Part shown: positions 1 to 10,161 of the stretch, piece by piece | How the letters are laid out: the number at the start of each line of letters is the position of its first letter | How positions within the stretch are numbered: position 1 is the first letter of the stretch | Assembly (NCBI GenBank): GCA_029858565.1 | Contig: JAOUEV010000032.1 | Coordinates: 1-40,383 of the forward strand | Source: Nitrospirota bacterium | Lineage (GTDB): Bacteria > Nitrospirota > UBA9217 | Reading direction: 5' to 3' | DNA: 40,383 bases | Made by a program: the position numbers and the translations under genes | Notes under the pieces: model-generated | What the model saw: only the letters and a program-made list of their open reading frames with translations | The model's database searches: none | What the model was told of the DNA's origin: nothing

Positions 1-62
1 ATATTACAATACGTGTATCGTAATATGTTTGACGTGCGGCAGTAAAGAATCGTGACCTGCTG

Positions 63-842
63 TTATTCCGCAATCCGAGATCCGCAATCCGCAATGACGT
101 TGTTTTTCAAGCTTCCGATCCCCTCGATCCTCACCTCGATCTCGTCTCCCGCTTGCATCGGTCCGATGCCCGACGGTGTACCGGTGATGATCAGGTCCCC
201 GGGATGGAGCGTCATGATCCGGGATATGAAGCTCACGAGATGCGGAACGTTGAACAGGAACTGCGAAGTGCGTGAAGACTGCCTGCGCACGCCGTTCAAA
301 TAGGATTCGACCAGGAGGTCGGACGGATCCAGATCGGTTTCGATCCACGGTCCGATCGGGCAGAAGGTGTCAAAAGACTTTGCCCGCGTCCACTGGCCAT
401 CTTTTCTTTGCAGGTCCCGGGCGGTCACATCATTTGCGCAGGTGTATCCCCGTATATGTTCTGCTGCCGCATCGGGGGAACAATCGCGTGCGGTCCTTCC
501 GATCACCACGCCGAGCTCGGCCTCATAGTCCACCTGCCGGCTCATCGCCGGGTACCGGATCTGCTCCCCCGGCCCGATCACGGTTGTCGGCGGCTTCAGG
601 AAGATGATCGGCTCTTCGGGAACCGCCATGCCCAGCTCCCGGGCGTGGTCGCGGTAGTTCAGACCCACAGCGACCACCTTGGTCGGAACGCAGGGCGGGA
701 GCAACCGCAGGGCAGAAAGAACATGCCTTGTCTTTTTCCTGGCAGATGGTACGAGCCCATCGCCTTCCAGTTCAATGACCTCGCTGCCTTCGATCACGCC
801 GCAGGCGGGTCGTCCCTGTGCCTGGAAACGGACAAGACGCAT
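63..842 (-). CDS. Fumarylacetoacetate hydrolase family protein
   Basis: Motifs KVVAVGLNYRDH, VDYEAELGVVIG, GYTCANDVTARD, KSFDTFCPIGPW, GDLIITGTPSG. Confidence 0.95.
   Translation of the reverse strand: MRLVRFQAQGRPACGVIEGSEVIELEGDGLVPSARKKTRHVLSALRLLPPCVPTKVVAVGLNYRDHARELGMAVPEEPIIFLKPPTTVIGPGEQIRYPAMSRQVDYEAELGVVIGRTARDCSPDAAAEHIRGYTCANDVTARDLQRKDGQWTRAKSFDTFCPIGPWIETDLDPSDLLVESYLNGVRRQSSRTSQFLFNVPHLVSFISRIMTLHPGDLIITGTPSGIGPMQAGDEIEVRIEGIGSLKNNVIADCGSRIAE
66..95. repeat. Heptamer tandem repeat (ATCCGCA)n
   Basis: TTCCGCA ATCCGAG ATCCGCA ATCCGCA, inside the last codons of the FAH gene. Confidence 0.8.
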
Positions 843-852
843 CAGGAGCCTC

Positions 853-1587
853 TTACTTACCGTCGATCCACTCGATCAATTTCTCCGCCGGCATGGTGCC
901 GCTCATCATGGTCCCGTCCTCCCGGACCAGCGACGGCGTACCGGTGATCCCAAGCTCCTTGCCATGGGCAATGCTTCGCTCGAGAGCCTCGTTCGAGCAT
1001 TTGGGTTCAGGCACGGACTTGCCGGAGAATGCCTCGTCAAGCAGTGCGCCGGACTTCTCGCACAGTACCGCCTGCGCCTTGGGATAGGCCTCCTTATGCA
1101 TCGGAAGCGGGAACATGATCACCTGGAACGCGATATCCTTGCGTTTCGCGATCACCTGCTTCATCTCCTCATGCAGTTTCCGGCAATAGGGGCAGTCGGG
1201 ATCGGAGAAGACCACGACCTTCTTCTTGGCATTCTTCGCGCCAAGAACGACGGCATCCTTCAGCGAGATCTTCGAGAAATCGACTTTTTTCGGTATCAGC
1301 GCCTCCAGCGGCGTCAGCTGGGCAAGGTATTTCCTGCTGAAATCCAGCATGATCCCGCCGCGGCGGCCGTTGGCCTCGACCTCGATCAGCCAGAAGGACT
1401 TGACCGGGGCCGCTTTCACGTCCAGCACCGTGCCGTTGGGCGCGATCTTCTTGAATATCTCTTCGGCCTCTTTCTTGTCGAGCTTGTGGCAATCAAGGCA
1501 ATTCCCGGTTTTGTCCGGAGGAAAAGCGAATGCCGACGAAACGGCGATCAACAGGAACGACCACACCAGAACAAGAACTTTTTTCAC
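853..1587 (-). CDS. dsbC: DsbC-family thiol:disulfide isomerase (exported)
   Basis: Signal peptide, FSDPDCPYC active site, GITGTP cis-Pro loop; GTG at 1587 preceded by GAAGGAG; extra N-terminal CLDCH. Confidence 0.85.
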   Translation of the reverse strand: MKKVLVLVWSFLLIAVSSAFAFPPDKTGNCLDCHKLDKKEAEEIFKKIAPNGTVLDVKAAPVKSFWLIEVEANGRRGGIMLDFSRKYLAQLTPLEALIPKKVDFSKISLKDAVVLGAKNAKKKVVVFSDPDCPYCRKLHEEMKQVIAKRKDIAFQVIMFPLPMHKEAYPKAQAVLCEKSGALLDEAFSGKSVPEPKCSNEALERSIAHGKELGITGTPSLVREDGTMMSGTMPAEKLIEWIDGK

Positions 1588-1624
1588 AATAGACTCCTTC
1601 TTCCGCGACACGCGGCGTTTCACG

Positions 1625-2428
1625 TTATTTCAATCCCAGCACATCCTGCATGTCATATAAGCCGGGCTTCTTGCCGACAACCCACTTCGCGGCGCGCACC
1701 GCACCGCGGGCGAACATATCGCGCGTGTGAGCTCGGTGGGTAAGCTCGATCCGCTCTCCCATGCCGATAAAGAAGACCGTGTGCTCTCCGACGATGTCTC
1801 CGCCGCGGACCGTTTGCATGCCGATCTCTTCGTTCGTCCGCGCGCCGGTCATGCCCTCGCGGTGGTATTTTGCTGTCTTCTGATAGTCCCGTCCAAGCGC
1901 CTTGGCAACCACCTCGCCCATGCGCACGGCCGTGCCCGAAGGCGCGTCCTTTTTCAGACGATGATGCCACTCGACGATCTCGGCGTCAAAATCCGGCCCC
2001 AGGATCTTCGCCAGGTCAGCAAGGACCTTGAAACAGACATTGACGCCGACGCTCATGTTCGGCGAAAGCACGCAGGGGATCTTCTCCACGTATTTAGCCA
2101 CAACGGCCAGATCCTCCTTGGTGAATCCCGTGGAGCCGATGACCGCGGGCTTTCCGAGCTCCGCGCAGACCTTCAGATTTTCCAGGCTCGTCTCCGGAAA
2201 CGTGAAGTCGATCAGCACATCTCCGGCCGTAAGCGCCGCTTTGAGATCGCCGGAGATCTTCACGCCCGTTGCCGCAACCCCCGCCGGACCGCCGGCGTCC
2301 TGGCCCGTCATGACGTGGCCGCTCTTTTCAACGGCGCCGGAGAGACCAAATCCCTCGGACGTGGAAAGCACATTGATGATCCGGGAGCCCATTCTGCCGG
2401 CAGCGCCGGTAACAACTGTTTTGATCAT
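1625..2428 (-). CDS. dapB: 4-hydroxy-tetrahydrodipicolinate reductase
   Basis: GAAGRMG, IDFT, EWHHRLKKDAPSGTA, RGGDIVGEH; ATG at 2428. Confidence 0.97.
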   Translation of the reverse strand: MIKTVVTGAAGRMGSRIINVLSTSEGFGLSGAVEKSGHVMTGQDAGGPAGVAATGVKISGDLKAALTAGDVLIDFTFPETSLENLKVCAELGKPAVIGSTGFTKEDLAVVAKYVEKIPCVLSPNMSVGVNVCFKVLADLAKILGPDFDAEIVEWHHRLKKDAPSGTAVRMGEVVAKALGRDYQKTAKYHREGMTGARTNEEIGMQTVRGGDIVGEHTVFFIGMGERIELTHRAHTRDMFARGAVRAAKWVVGKKPGLYDMQDVLGLK

Positions 2429-2518
2429 AAAGGAACCTCGATTCCACCAGGGAGGCACAAGGAAATGTTTTTTCCGGTCTTTCTCCGTGTCCTCAGTGTC
2501 TCCGTGGTAAATAAATTG

Positions 2519-3391
2519 TTAGATTAATCCGTAGTCCTTCATCGCATTCTTCAGTTTATCCTTGTTCGCGTCGACCATGGAGCAGAGCGGCAGGCGGAAC
2601 TCCTCGTTGATCTTTCCCATCAGCGCGAGCGCGGTCTTCACCGGGATCGGGTTCGTTTCGATGAACATGAGACTGTGGAGCGGCTCCATCTTGTAGTGGA
2701 ACTTGAGCGCCTCTTCCATCTTTCCTGCGAAGAACGCGTCGAACATGGCGGCCGCGTCACCCGGTACGATATTCGCCGTGACCGAGATGGCGCCCACGCC
2801 GCCGATGGCCAGCATCGGGAGCGTGGTGAAATCGTCGCCCGAAATCACGTCGAAATCGCGGCCGCAAAGCCGTATGAGCTCGCTGATCTGCTTCAGATCG
2901 CCCGTGGCTTCCTTGATGCCCACGATGTTCCTGATCGTCCTGAGCCGGGCCACCGTCGACGGCAGCATGTTCACGCTGGTCCTGCCCGGCACATTGTACA
3001 GGATGACCGGGATGTCCACCGAGTCTGTCACTTTCTTGAAATGCTGGTACAGCCCTTCCTGGGTAGGCTTGTTGTAATAGGGCGTGATCAGCAGCACGCC
3101 GTCAGCGCCCGCCTTCTTGGCGTAGTTCGTAAGATCGATGGTCTCGGAGGTCGAGTTCGAACCCGCGCCGGCAACTACCGGGACCCGTTTGTTCACGGTC
3201 TTGACCGTGAACTCCACCACGCGATGATGCTCCTCATGGGAGAGCGTGGCGGACTCGCCCGTGGTTCCGCAGGGAACGATCACGTCCGTACCGCTTTTGA
3301 TGTGGAACTCGATCAGATCCCCGAGGGCCTTCTCATCAACATTACCATTCTTGAACGGCGTTACGATTGCTACCATGGAACCTTTGAACAT
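2519..3391 (-). CDS. dapA: 4-hydroxy-tetrahydrodipicolinate synthase
   Basis: GTTGES, PYYNKP, YNVPGRT, GIKEATG, ETNPIPVK; SD AGGAGG. Confidence 0.98.
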   Translation of the reverse strand: MFKGSMVAIVTPFKNGNVDEKALGDLIEFHIKSGTDVIVPCGTTGESATLSHEEHHRVVEFTVKTVNKRVPVVAGAGSNSTSETIDLTNYAKKAGADGVLLITPYYNKPTQEGLYQHFKKVTDSVDIPVILYNVPGRTSVNMLPSTVARLRTIRNIVGIKEATGDLKQISELIRLCGRDFDVISGDDFTTLPMLAIGGVGAISVTANIVPGDAAAMFDAFFAGKMEEALKFHYKMEPLHSLMFIETNPIPVKTALALMGKINEEFRLPLCSMVDANKDKLKNAMKDYGLI

Positions 3392-3429
3392 TGCTTCCTC
3401 CTTGACATCTTCGTCGACCTGGAACGATA

Positions 3430-4251
3430 TTAAAGATGCAGCATGCCTTCACATGCGATAACGACCTTGCCTTCGAGGTGCAGGTCCGAGAAATCCTCCC
3501 CGCTCCTGCTGAACGACACAACAAGCACATCCCCGCCTCTGGTCTTCACGGTAGCAGGCGACTTGACCTTTCCCAGCGCCGCGGCTATGAGCGCCGCGGC
3601 TACCGAGCCGGTGCCGCAGGCCAGCGTCTCGCCCTCCACGCCCCGCTCATAGGTCCTGATACGGAGGCGGCGGGGCCCGTCGATCTGGATAAAGTTCACA
3701 TTCGTCCCTGCGGGTTTGAACACGTCGTGCCACCGGCTTGCGCTGCCCACAGCCTGCACATCCTCGGAATCCAGGTTCTCGGAAAAGTACACGAGGTGCG
3801 GCACTCCGGTATTGATGAAGTAGCCCATACGCGTGGAGCCGGCAAGCGGCACCGGCACGTTCATGCGGAGCCCGCTCGCGCCGGTGAGCTGGACCCGGAC
3901 CGAATCCTTCTTCACCTCGGCGTGGATGATGCCGGCCAGGGTCTCGAAGGCCATCCTGCGCGGCGCGATCTTCTTAAGGTGGGCGAACAGCGCAGCGCAA
4001 CGGGAACCGTTCCCGCACATCTCTGCCTCGGTCCCGTCGGCATTAAAGAAACGCCACTTGAAGTTCGCGGTCTTCCGGTCGGCCGGTGGAACGATCACGA
4101 TCAGGCCGTCGGCGCCAACGGAGCGGTTCCGGTGGCACACCTTCTTGGCCAGACCGGACAGACCGATGCCCTTCAGGATGTTCCGGCGGTTGTCGATCAC
4201 GATGAAGTCGTTGCCGTTGCCGTGGATCTTATAAAAAGGGATCTTCTTCAT
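3430..4251 (-). CDS. dapF: Diaminopimelate epimerase
   Basis: HGNGNDF, EMCGNG, TGVPH, RTYERGVEGETLACGTG. Confidence 0.97.
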   Translation of the reverse strand: MKKIPFYKIHGNGNDFIVIDNRRNILKGIGLSGLAKKVCHRNRSVGADGLIVIVPPADRKTANFKWRFFNADGTEAEMCGNGSRCAALFAHLKKIAPRRMAFETLAGIIHAEVKKDSVRVQLTGASGLRMNVPVPLAGSTRMGYFINTGVPHLVYFSENLDSEDVQAVGSASRWHDVFKPAGTNVNFIQIDGPRRLRIRTYERGVEGETLACGTGSVAAALIAAALGKVKSPATVKTRGGDVLVVSFSRSGEDFSDLHLEGKVVIACEGMLHL

Positions 4252-4257
4252 AATTGA

Positions 4258-5517
4258 CTAATCGAGCCACCTCGGAAGCTTCTCGCCCTTGACCAGATCG
4301 TTGTACGTTTCCCGCTCATGGATGACGAAATACTCGCCTCCCCGCACAAGGATCTCGGGGACCCGTGGACGGGAATTATAGTTCGATGACATGGAATATC
4401 CATAGGCGCCCGCGCCCATGACCGCGAGCAGCTCGCCCTGCTTGACCATGGGCATCTCCCGGTCCTTGGCGAGAAAATCCCCGGACTCGCAGATCGGCCC
4501 CACCACATCAGCCACCGCGGTCTCCGCGGCCGGCTGCTGCACCACGGGCCTGATGTCGTGATAGGCCTCATAGAGGCTGGGCCGGATAAGATCGTTCATG
4601 CCCGCATCGACGATCAGGAACTTCTTCTGCTCCGCTTCCTTGTGATAGAGGACGCTGGTCACCAGGATGCCGGCGTTCCCCACGATTGCCCGCCCCGGCT
4701 CCATCACGATCGTGCAGCCGCAGTCAGCAAGGATCGGACGGACCGACGCTGCCAGTTCCTGGGGAAGCGGCGGCGTCTCGTCCTTGTAGGTAATGCCCAG
4801 GCCGCCGCCGATATTGATGTATTGGATGTTGATCTTCGCGGCGCGAAGTTCCTTCACGAACGCCGTTGTCTTCACGAGCGCGTCGACAAAGGGCTGGACC
4901 TCGGTGATCTGCGATCCGATATGCTGGTGGATCCCCACGACGTCCACGTGCGGCAGGCCCTTCGCCATCTGGTAGTATTCCAGCGCCTGCTCGATGGCGA
5001 TGCCGAACTTGTTCTGCTTGAGCCCTGTCGAGATGTACGGATGCGTCTTCGCATCGATGTTGGGATTGATACGCAGCGCCACCCTCGCGCGGGTCCGCAT
5101 ATCGCCGGCGGCGCGGTCTATGGCCTGGAGTTCCTCGCCGGACTCGACATTGAACATCAGGATGTCCATCTTCAATGCATATTCGATCTCGTCGCGGCGC
5201 TTGCCCACGCCGGCGTAGACGATCTTCTTTGGATCGATCCCCGCGCGGAGCGCCCGGAACAGCTCACCTCCCGAGACGATGTCCGCGCCCGATCCCTCTT
5301 TCCCGAGCAGATGCAGAAGCGCGCTGGAAGGATTCGACTTCACGGCAAAACAAATGAGGTGAGGAACTCCGCCGAACGCCCGGTCAAAGGCCCGGAAATG
5401 GCTCGCCAGCGTCGTAGCGCTATAGACATAAAAAGGCGTCCCCACGCGCTGGGCGATGGTCCGCACCGGCACATCCTCGCAGCAGAGCTCTCCGTTCTTG
5501 TACTGAAAATCATGCAT
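4258..5517 (-). CDS. lysA: Diaminopimelate decarboxylase
   Basis: FAVKSN (PLP lysine), HIGSQI, EPGR, GPICESGD, YNSRPR. Confidence 0.98.
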   Translation of the reverse strand: MHDFQYKNGELCCEDVPVRTIAQRVGTPFYVYSATTLASHFRAFDRAFGGVPHLICFAVKSNPSSALLHLLGKEGSGADIVSGGELFRALRAGIDPKKIVYAGVGKRRDEIEYALKMDILMFNVESGEELQAIDRAAGDMRTRARVALRINPNIDAKTHPYISTGLKQNKFGIAIEQALEYYQMAKGLPHVDVVGIHQHIGSQITEVQPFVDALVKTTAFVKELRAAKINIQYINIGGGLGITYKDETPPLPQELAASVRPILADCGCTIVMEPGRAIVGNAGILVTSVLYHKEAEQKKFLIVDAGMNDLIRPSLYEAYHDIRPVVQQPAAETAVADVVGPICESGDFLAKDREMPMVKQGELLAVMGAGAYGYSMSSNYNSRPRVPEILVRGGEYFVIHERETYNDLVKGEKLPRWLD

Positions 5518-5522
5518 GTCCG

Positions 5523-6587
5523 TTACCTGATCTTTTCCGTATAGGTCTTGAACTCACGGCTCGGAACACTTTCGTTCCCGCTCCTATCAACCGCCGTTAT
5601 CCTGTAATAATAGGTCATCGCCGGCTGCACGGTGTCGTCGGAATAGGTCGTCCGGTTCACCGGCTTATCGGTCAGGGGGATCGCTTCGGCGCCGCTCTTC
5701 ACCGTGCGGTATACGTTGTACCCCGCCAGGTCCCGCTCTTTGTTCTCGTTCCAGGTCAGAAAGACCCGGCCGATCCCCGGCACCACGGTCAGCCCCATCG
5801 GCTGTTCCGGAGGAGTCATATCACGCGGGGCAGCGGATGCTTCTTCGGAGTCCTGACTCTCCCTCCAGGGATGCACCGGGCTGTCCACGGCACGGACCCG
5901 GTAATAATAGGTCCTGCCGTTCTCCACGGCCGTATCCCGGTAACTGTTGGTCGATACCGGCTCCCGGTTCAGCGGAACGTCACCCGGATGGCCGGCCTCG
6001 GTTCCCCGATAGATGTTATAGCCGACGAATCCGTGATAGGGAGCGCCGTTCGTTCTGGTGTTCACCACGTCCCAGGCGATCTCGATGGCGCCGTCGCCGG
6101 CCCGCACCGCCGGATTCCCGGGGATCGCCAGGGCCGGCAGCGGTACCGCGCGAACATCGTTGGAATACTCACTCGTTCCGCCGTTCGCCGTGAAAGCTCT
6201 CACGCGGTAGGCGTACACACGGTTATATTGTATCTCCCGGTCCGTCCAGAGGACGGTACCGTCCCGGATCACGGCCGGCGCCGGTTCCCGGGTCTCGATC
6301 TCGGCGACCTGTTTGTATCGCGGGCGCCTGTTCTCACGATCGATCTCGGCGCGAAAGACACGAAAAAGTGCTAGTTCTCCGGGAAGAAGCGGCTTGCCTT
6401 CGATGTTCCGGCCAGGCACGCTCCAGGACAGGTAGGCTTCCGTGTCACGCGTTGTTACCGCCAGGTCCCTGACAGCTTCCGGCCTCGGACTGTCCGGGAC
6501 CAGAGGATCGGTCTTGCGACCGCAGGAGCAGATCACCGCGAGCAGGACCGCACAGGAACCGACCGCGAATAACCTTCGAATCGTCAT
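5523..6587 (-). CDS. Fibronectin type III domain lipoprotein
   Basis: Lipoprotein-like signal ending ICSC-GRK; three Fn3 repeats (W...GYNIYR...YYYRVRAVD). Confidence 0.85.
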   Translation of the reverse strand: MTIRRLFAVGSCAVLLAVICSCGRKTDPLVPDSPRPEAVRDLAVTTRDTEAYLSWSVPGRNIEGKPLLPGELALFRVFRAEIDRENRRPRYKQVAEIETREPAPAVIRDGTVLWTDREIQYNRVYAYRVRAFTANGGTSEYSNDVRAVPLPALAIPGNPAVRAGDGAIEIAWDVVNTRTNGAPYHGFVGYNIYRGTEAGHPGDVPLNREPVSTNSYRDTAVENGRTYYYRVRAVDSPVHPWRESQDSEEASAAPRDMTPPEQPMGLTVVPGIGRVFLTWNENKERDLAGYNVYRTVKSGAEAIPLTDKPVNRTTYSDDTVQPAMTYYYRITAVDRSGNESVPSREFKTYTEKIR

Positions 6588-6662
6588 TTCCCCAGCACCG
6601 TTGCCGCTCCCTCACCTGAACGCCGCTGCGCAGACCCGATGTGCTTCCACGCCGGAGCCATC

Positions 6663-8093
6663 CTATTTCTTGAGCGCTTTCTTGAGCACCGCCAGGCGCT
6701 TCTTCAGATTTGCCGGTGCTGTTCCGCCGGCCGAGGTCCTTCTGTTGACCGAAGCCTCAACAGAGATCGCCTGGTAAACGTCCTTGCCGATCAGCTTGGA
6801 CAGCTCCCGATACTCGGACAGGGAGAGTTCCTTCAGTCCGCACCCCTTCTCGAGTGCGCGCAATACCGCCGTGCCCACGACCTCATGCGCCTGACGGAAG
6901 GGCAACCCCTTCCTGACCAGGTAGTCGGCCAGGTCCGTTGCCGTAATGAATCCGTCCTCGGCCGCGTGCCGCATGGTATCGCGGTGGACCGTGATCCCTC
7001 CGAGCATGGCGCTCATGACCGAAAGGGTCGAGGTCACCGTATCGGCACTGTCGAACAGCGGCTCCTTGTCCTCCTGCATGTCGCGATTGTAGGCGAGCGG
7101 CAGCCCCTTCAGCAGCGTCAGCAACGCCGTCAGGTTGCCGAATACCCGGCCGGTCTTTCCCCGGGAAAGTTCAGCGACATCCGGGTTCTTCTTCTGCGGC
7201 ATGATGGACGATCCGGTCGTGAACGCATCGGAGATCGTTATGAATCCGAATTCCGATGACGACCACAGCACCATCTCCTCGGCCAGACGAGAGACGTGGA
7301 CCATGATCTGGGCGCAGGCGGAAAGGAACTCGACGGCGAAGTCCCGGTCCGACACGGCGTCCATGCTGTTCTCGGCGATGCCGTCGAAGCGGAGCAGCTC
7401 GGCGACCAGCTTCCGGTCGATGGGCAACACCGTGCCTGCAAGCGCGCCCGCACCGAGCGGCAGGATGTTCACCCGTTTGAAACAGTCGGTCAACCGCTCC
7501 CGGTCCCGCTCGAACATCTCATAGTACGCGAGCAGATGGTGGCCGAACAATACCGGCTGCGCCCGTTGAAGGTGGGTGTAACCGGGCATGACCGTATCCT
7601 GGTTCCGCTCTGCCAGATCGACGATCGTCCGCTGGAGCTCGCGCAGCAGGCGCCTGATCTCGACGATCTCGTCGCGGAGGTACATCCGGATATCAAGCGC
7701 GACCTGGTCGTTCCGGCTTCGCGCAGTGTGCAGCTTGCCGCCCACCGGTCCGATCTTCCTGATCAAGCGGCTCTCGATATTCATGTGGATGTCTTCCAGC
7801 TCGAGCTGGAACTGCATCTTGCCGGTCGCGATCTCCTTCAGGATTTCCCGCAGCCCGGAAATAATTCGCCGGGACTCCCGCTCGGAAATGATGCGCTGTT
7901 TTGCCAGCATCATCGCGTGCGCCATGCTGCCGGCGATGTCGTAGGGGTAGAGCCGCCAGTCGTAAGGTATCGAAGCGGTGAACTCCTCGACCAGCGAACT
8001 GGTCGCTTCGGTGAACCTTCCGCCCCAGGGCTTGGAGGACTTGGCCGTTTGTTTTGTGCTGTGCCGCTTTTTTGCTGTTGTTTTTCGAGCCAT
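6663..8093 (-). CDS. argH: Argininosuccinate lyase
   Basis: [38 protein letters not shown]; start may be 8093 or 8111. Confidence 0.97.
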   Translation of the reverse strand: MARKTTAKKRHSTKQTAKSSKPWGGRFTEATSSLVEEFTASIPYDWRLYPYDIAGSMAHAMMLAKQRIISERESRRIISGLREILKEIATGKMQFQLELEDIHMNIESRLIRKIGPVGGKLHTARSRNDQVALDIRMYLRDEIVEIRRLLRELQRTIVDLAERNQDTVMPGYTHLQRAQPVLFGHHLLAYYEMFERDRERLTDCFKRVNILPLGAGALAGTVLPIDRKLVAELLRFDGIAENSMDAVSDRDFAVEFLSACAQIMVHVSRLAEEMVLWSSSEFGFITISDAFTTGSSIMPQKKNPDVAELSRGKTGRVFGNLTALLTLLKGLPLAYNRDMQEDKEPLFDSADTVTSTLSVMSAMLGGITVHRDTMRHAAEDGFITATDLADYLVRKGLPFRQAHEVVGTAVLRALEKGCGLKELSLSEYRELSKLIGKDVYQAISVEASVNRRTSAGGTAPANLKKRLAVLKKALKK

Positions 8094-8150
8094 GATCGAT
8101 TCTCTGGACAAGTACGGGAGGCCAGGGGGACCTTGCCTGGACTTAATCTG

Positions 8151-9368
8151 TCATCTTCCCGCGTTTCCGTCCTTTGCCTTCGCTCCCACCCGCAGGCGGA
8201 GTGCATTCAGCCGGATGAATCCCTCGGCGTCCTTCTGGTTGTACACCCGGTCAGCTTCAAAGGTCGCAAGGTCCGGACGATACAGAGAGAGCGGCGATCT
8301 CCTGCCGACGACGTCGCAGTTCCCCTTGTACAATTTTACCCGCGCAGTGCCGCTCACGTTCTTTTGGGAATCATCGATCATCGTCTGCAGCATCGTGCGC
8401 TCCGGCGCGAACCAGTACCCGTAATAGACCAGTTCGGCATAGCGCGGGACCAGACTGTCGCGGAGATGCATGACTTCGCGGTCCATGGTAATGGACTCCA
8501 CGGCCCGATGCGCGGCATGGAGCAGCGTGCCGCCCGGGGTCTCATACACACCCCGTGATTTCATGCCTACATACCGGTTCTCGACGAGGTCCACCCTGCC
8601 GATACCGTGTATGCCGGCGATCCGGTTCGCCTCGGCCAGGAGCGCGACGGGGCCGTACTGCTTTCCGTTGATCGCCACGGGATCGCCCGACCGATACTCC
8701 ACCTCAACGTACTCCGCGCGGTCCGGGGCCTGCTCCACAGGCACGGCGAGCGTGTACATGTCGCTGGTCGATTCCGCCCAGGGGTCCTCGAGCACACCCC
8801 CCTCATAGCTGATGTGCAGCAGGTTCCGGTCCGTGGAAAAAGGCTTGGACTTGGTCGCGGTCACCGGGATCCTGTGCTTTGCCGCATAGTCGATCAGCTC
8901 CTCACGGCCCTTCATGGTCCACTCGCGCCAGGGCGCGACGATCTTCACTTCCGGCTTGAGCGCGAAGTAGGTGAGCTCGAACCGGACCTGATCGTTCCCT
9001 TTGCCGGTCGCGCCATGGCATACCGCGTCGGCGCCTTCCTGTTGAGCGATCTCGATCTGCCGCTTGGCGATGAGCGGCCGGGCAATCGAGGTTCCGAGGA
9101 GGTACTTGCCCTCGTAAAGCGCATTCGCCCGAAGCATGGGGAACACGAAATCCCGGACGAACTCCTCGCGGAGATCGTCAATATAGATCTTGGAGGCGCC
9201 GGTCCTTATCGCTTTCTCCCGCAGCGGTTCGAGCTCCTCGCCCTGGCCGATATCCGCAGTGAACGCCACAACCTCGCATCCATGGGTCTCCTTGAGCCAG
9301 GTGATGATCACCGAAGTGTCCAGGCCCCCGGAGTAAGCGACAACGACTTTCTTAATGTCCTTTTTCAA
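8151..9368 (-). CDS. argG: Argininosuccinate synthase
   Basis: [34 protein letters not shown]; probable TTG start at 9368. Confidence 0.97.
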   Translation of the reverse strand: MKKDIKKVVVAYSGGLDTSVIITWLKETHGCEVVAFTADIGQGEELEPLREKAIRTGASKIYIDDLREEFVRDFVFPMLRANALYEGKYLLGTSIARPLIAKRQIEIAQQEGADAVCHGATGKGNDQVRFELTYFALKPEVKIVAPWREWTMKGREELIDYAAKHRIPVTATKSKPFSTDRNLLHISYEGGVLEDPWAESTSDMYTLAVPVEQAPDRAEYVEVEYRSGDPVAINGKQYGPVALLAEANRIAGIHGIGRVDLVENRYVGMKSRGVYETPGGTLLHAAHRAVESITMDREVMHLRDSLVPRYAELVYYGYWFAPERTMLQTMIDDSQKNVSGTARVKLYKGNCDVVGRRSPLSLYRPDLATFEADRVYNQKDAEGFIRLNALRLRVGAKAKDGNAGR

Positions 9369-9488
9369 AGCTTCAAACCTCAAACCAGTCTCGCGCAAAG
9401 ACACAAAACCCGCGAAGAACTGCACGACAGCATTTTATTCGACAGCTGTCTTTCTCAGCGTCTTAGCGGCTTTGCAAGAGAATGCCGT

Positions 9489-10106
9489 TTATTTTGATTC
9501 CACGATCTTGACCTTCATCTCGATCCGCTCGTTCGGATTGTCATTGGCATCCCTCGGCTGAGACACGATCTTGTCCACCGCCTCGATGCCGCTGACCACC
9601 TCGCCGAACACCGTATATTGACCGTCCAGGAAGCTGGAATCCTTCACGCAGATGAAGAACTGTGAGCCGGCGCTGTCGGGGTTGGACGAACGCGCCATGG
9701 AAAGGGTGCCGCGCTTGTGCGGCTTATTGCTGAACTCGGCCTTGATGGAATAGCCTGGGCCGCCGGTACCGTAAGCCCGCCGCCGCGCAGGGTCCTTGGA
9801 CGTCGGGTCCCCGCCCTGGATCATGAACCCGGGGATCACCCGGTGGAAGACCGTATTGTCATAAGTCCCGTTCTTTGCCAGATCGATGAAGTTCTTCACG
9901 TGACCCGGCGCCACATCAGGAAAGAACTTGAGCGTGATGTTCCCGAATTTCGTTTCAATGACCGCTGTTGTGGATTCCATTTTTTTTATCTCCTCTTTCT
10001 TCACCGTAATGGTTTTCATCGAAGGCATCCCGAACTGGGCGAACGCGCCAGTGGCTGCGAACGATCCGAGCATAACCATCATCACCGCGATCCGACTGAA
10101 TCTCAT
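9489..10106 (-). CDS. Cyclophilin-type peptidyl-prolyl isomerase, exported
   Basis: Signal peptide; FHRVIPGFMIQGGDP, LSMARS, SAGSQFFI, LDGQYTVFG. Confidence 0.95.
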   Translation of the reverse strand: MRFSRIAVMMVMLGSFAATGAFAQFGMPSMKTITVKKEEIKKMESTTAVIETKFGNITLKFFPDVAPGHVKNFIDLAKNGTYDNTVFHRVIPGFMIQGGDPTSKDPARRRAYGTGGPGYSIKAEFSNKPHKRGTLSMARSSNPDSAGSQFFICVKDSSFLDGQYTVFGEVVSGIEAVDKIVSQPRDANDNPNERIEMKVKIVESK

Positions 10107-10161
10107 GCACCAACCCTCCTCGTATGATCATTTCCGTCGCTTCAGAGTGAAAAGATAGTAT

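Noticed and set aside
4-348. 114 aa minus-strand ORF
   Set aside because: Alternative frame overlapping the FAH gene and running through the heptamer repeat
2429-2518. Lysine riboswitch in the dap/lys operon
   Set aside because: Intergenic gaps are too short and lack the conserved aptamer features
8030-8111. Lys-rich N-terminal extension of ArgH
   Set aside because: Short low-complexity tails before WGGRF are common and the start codon is uncertain
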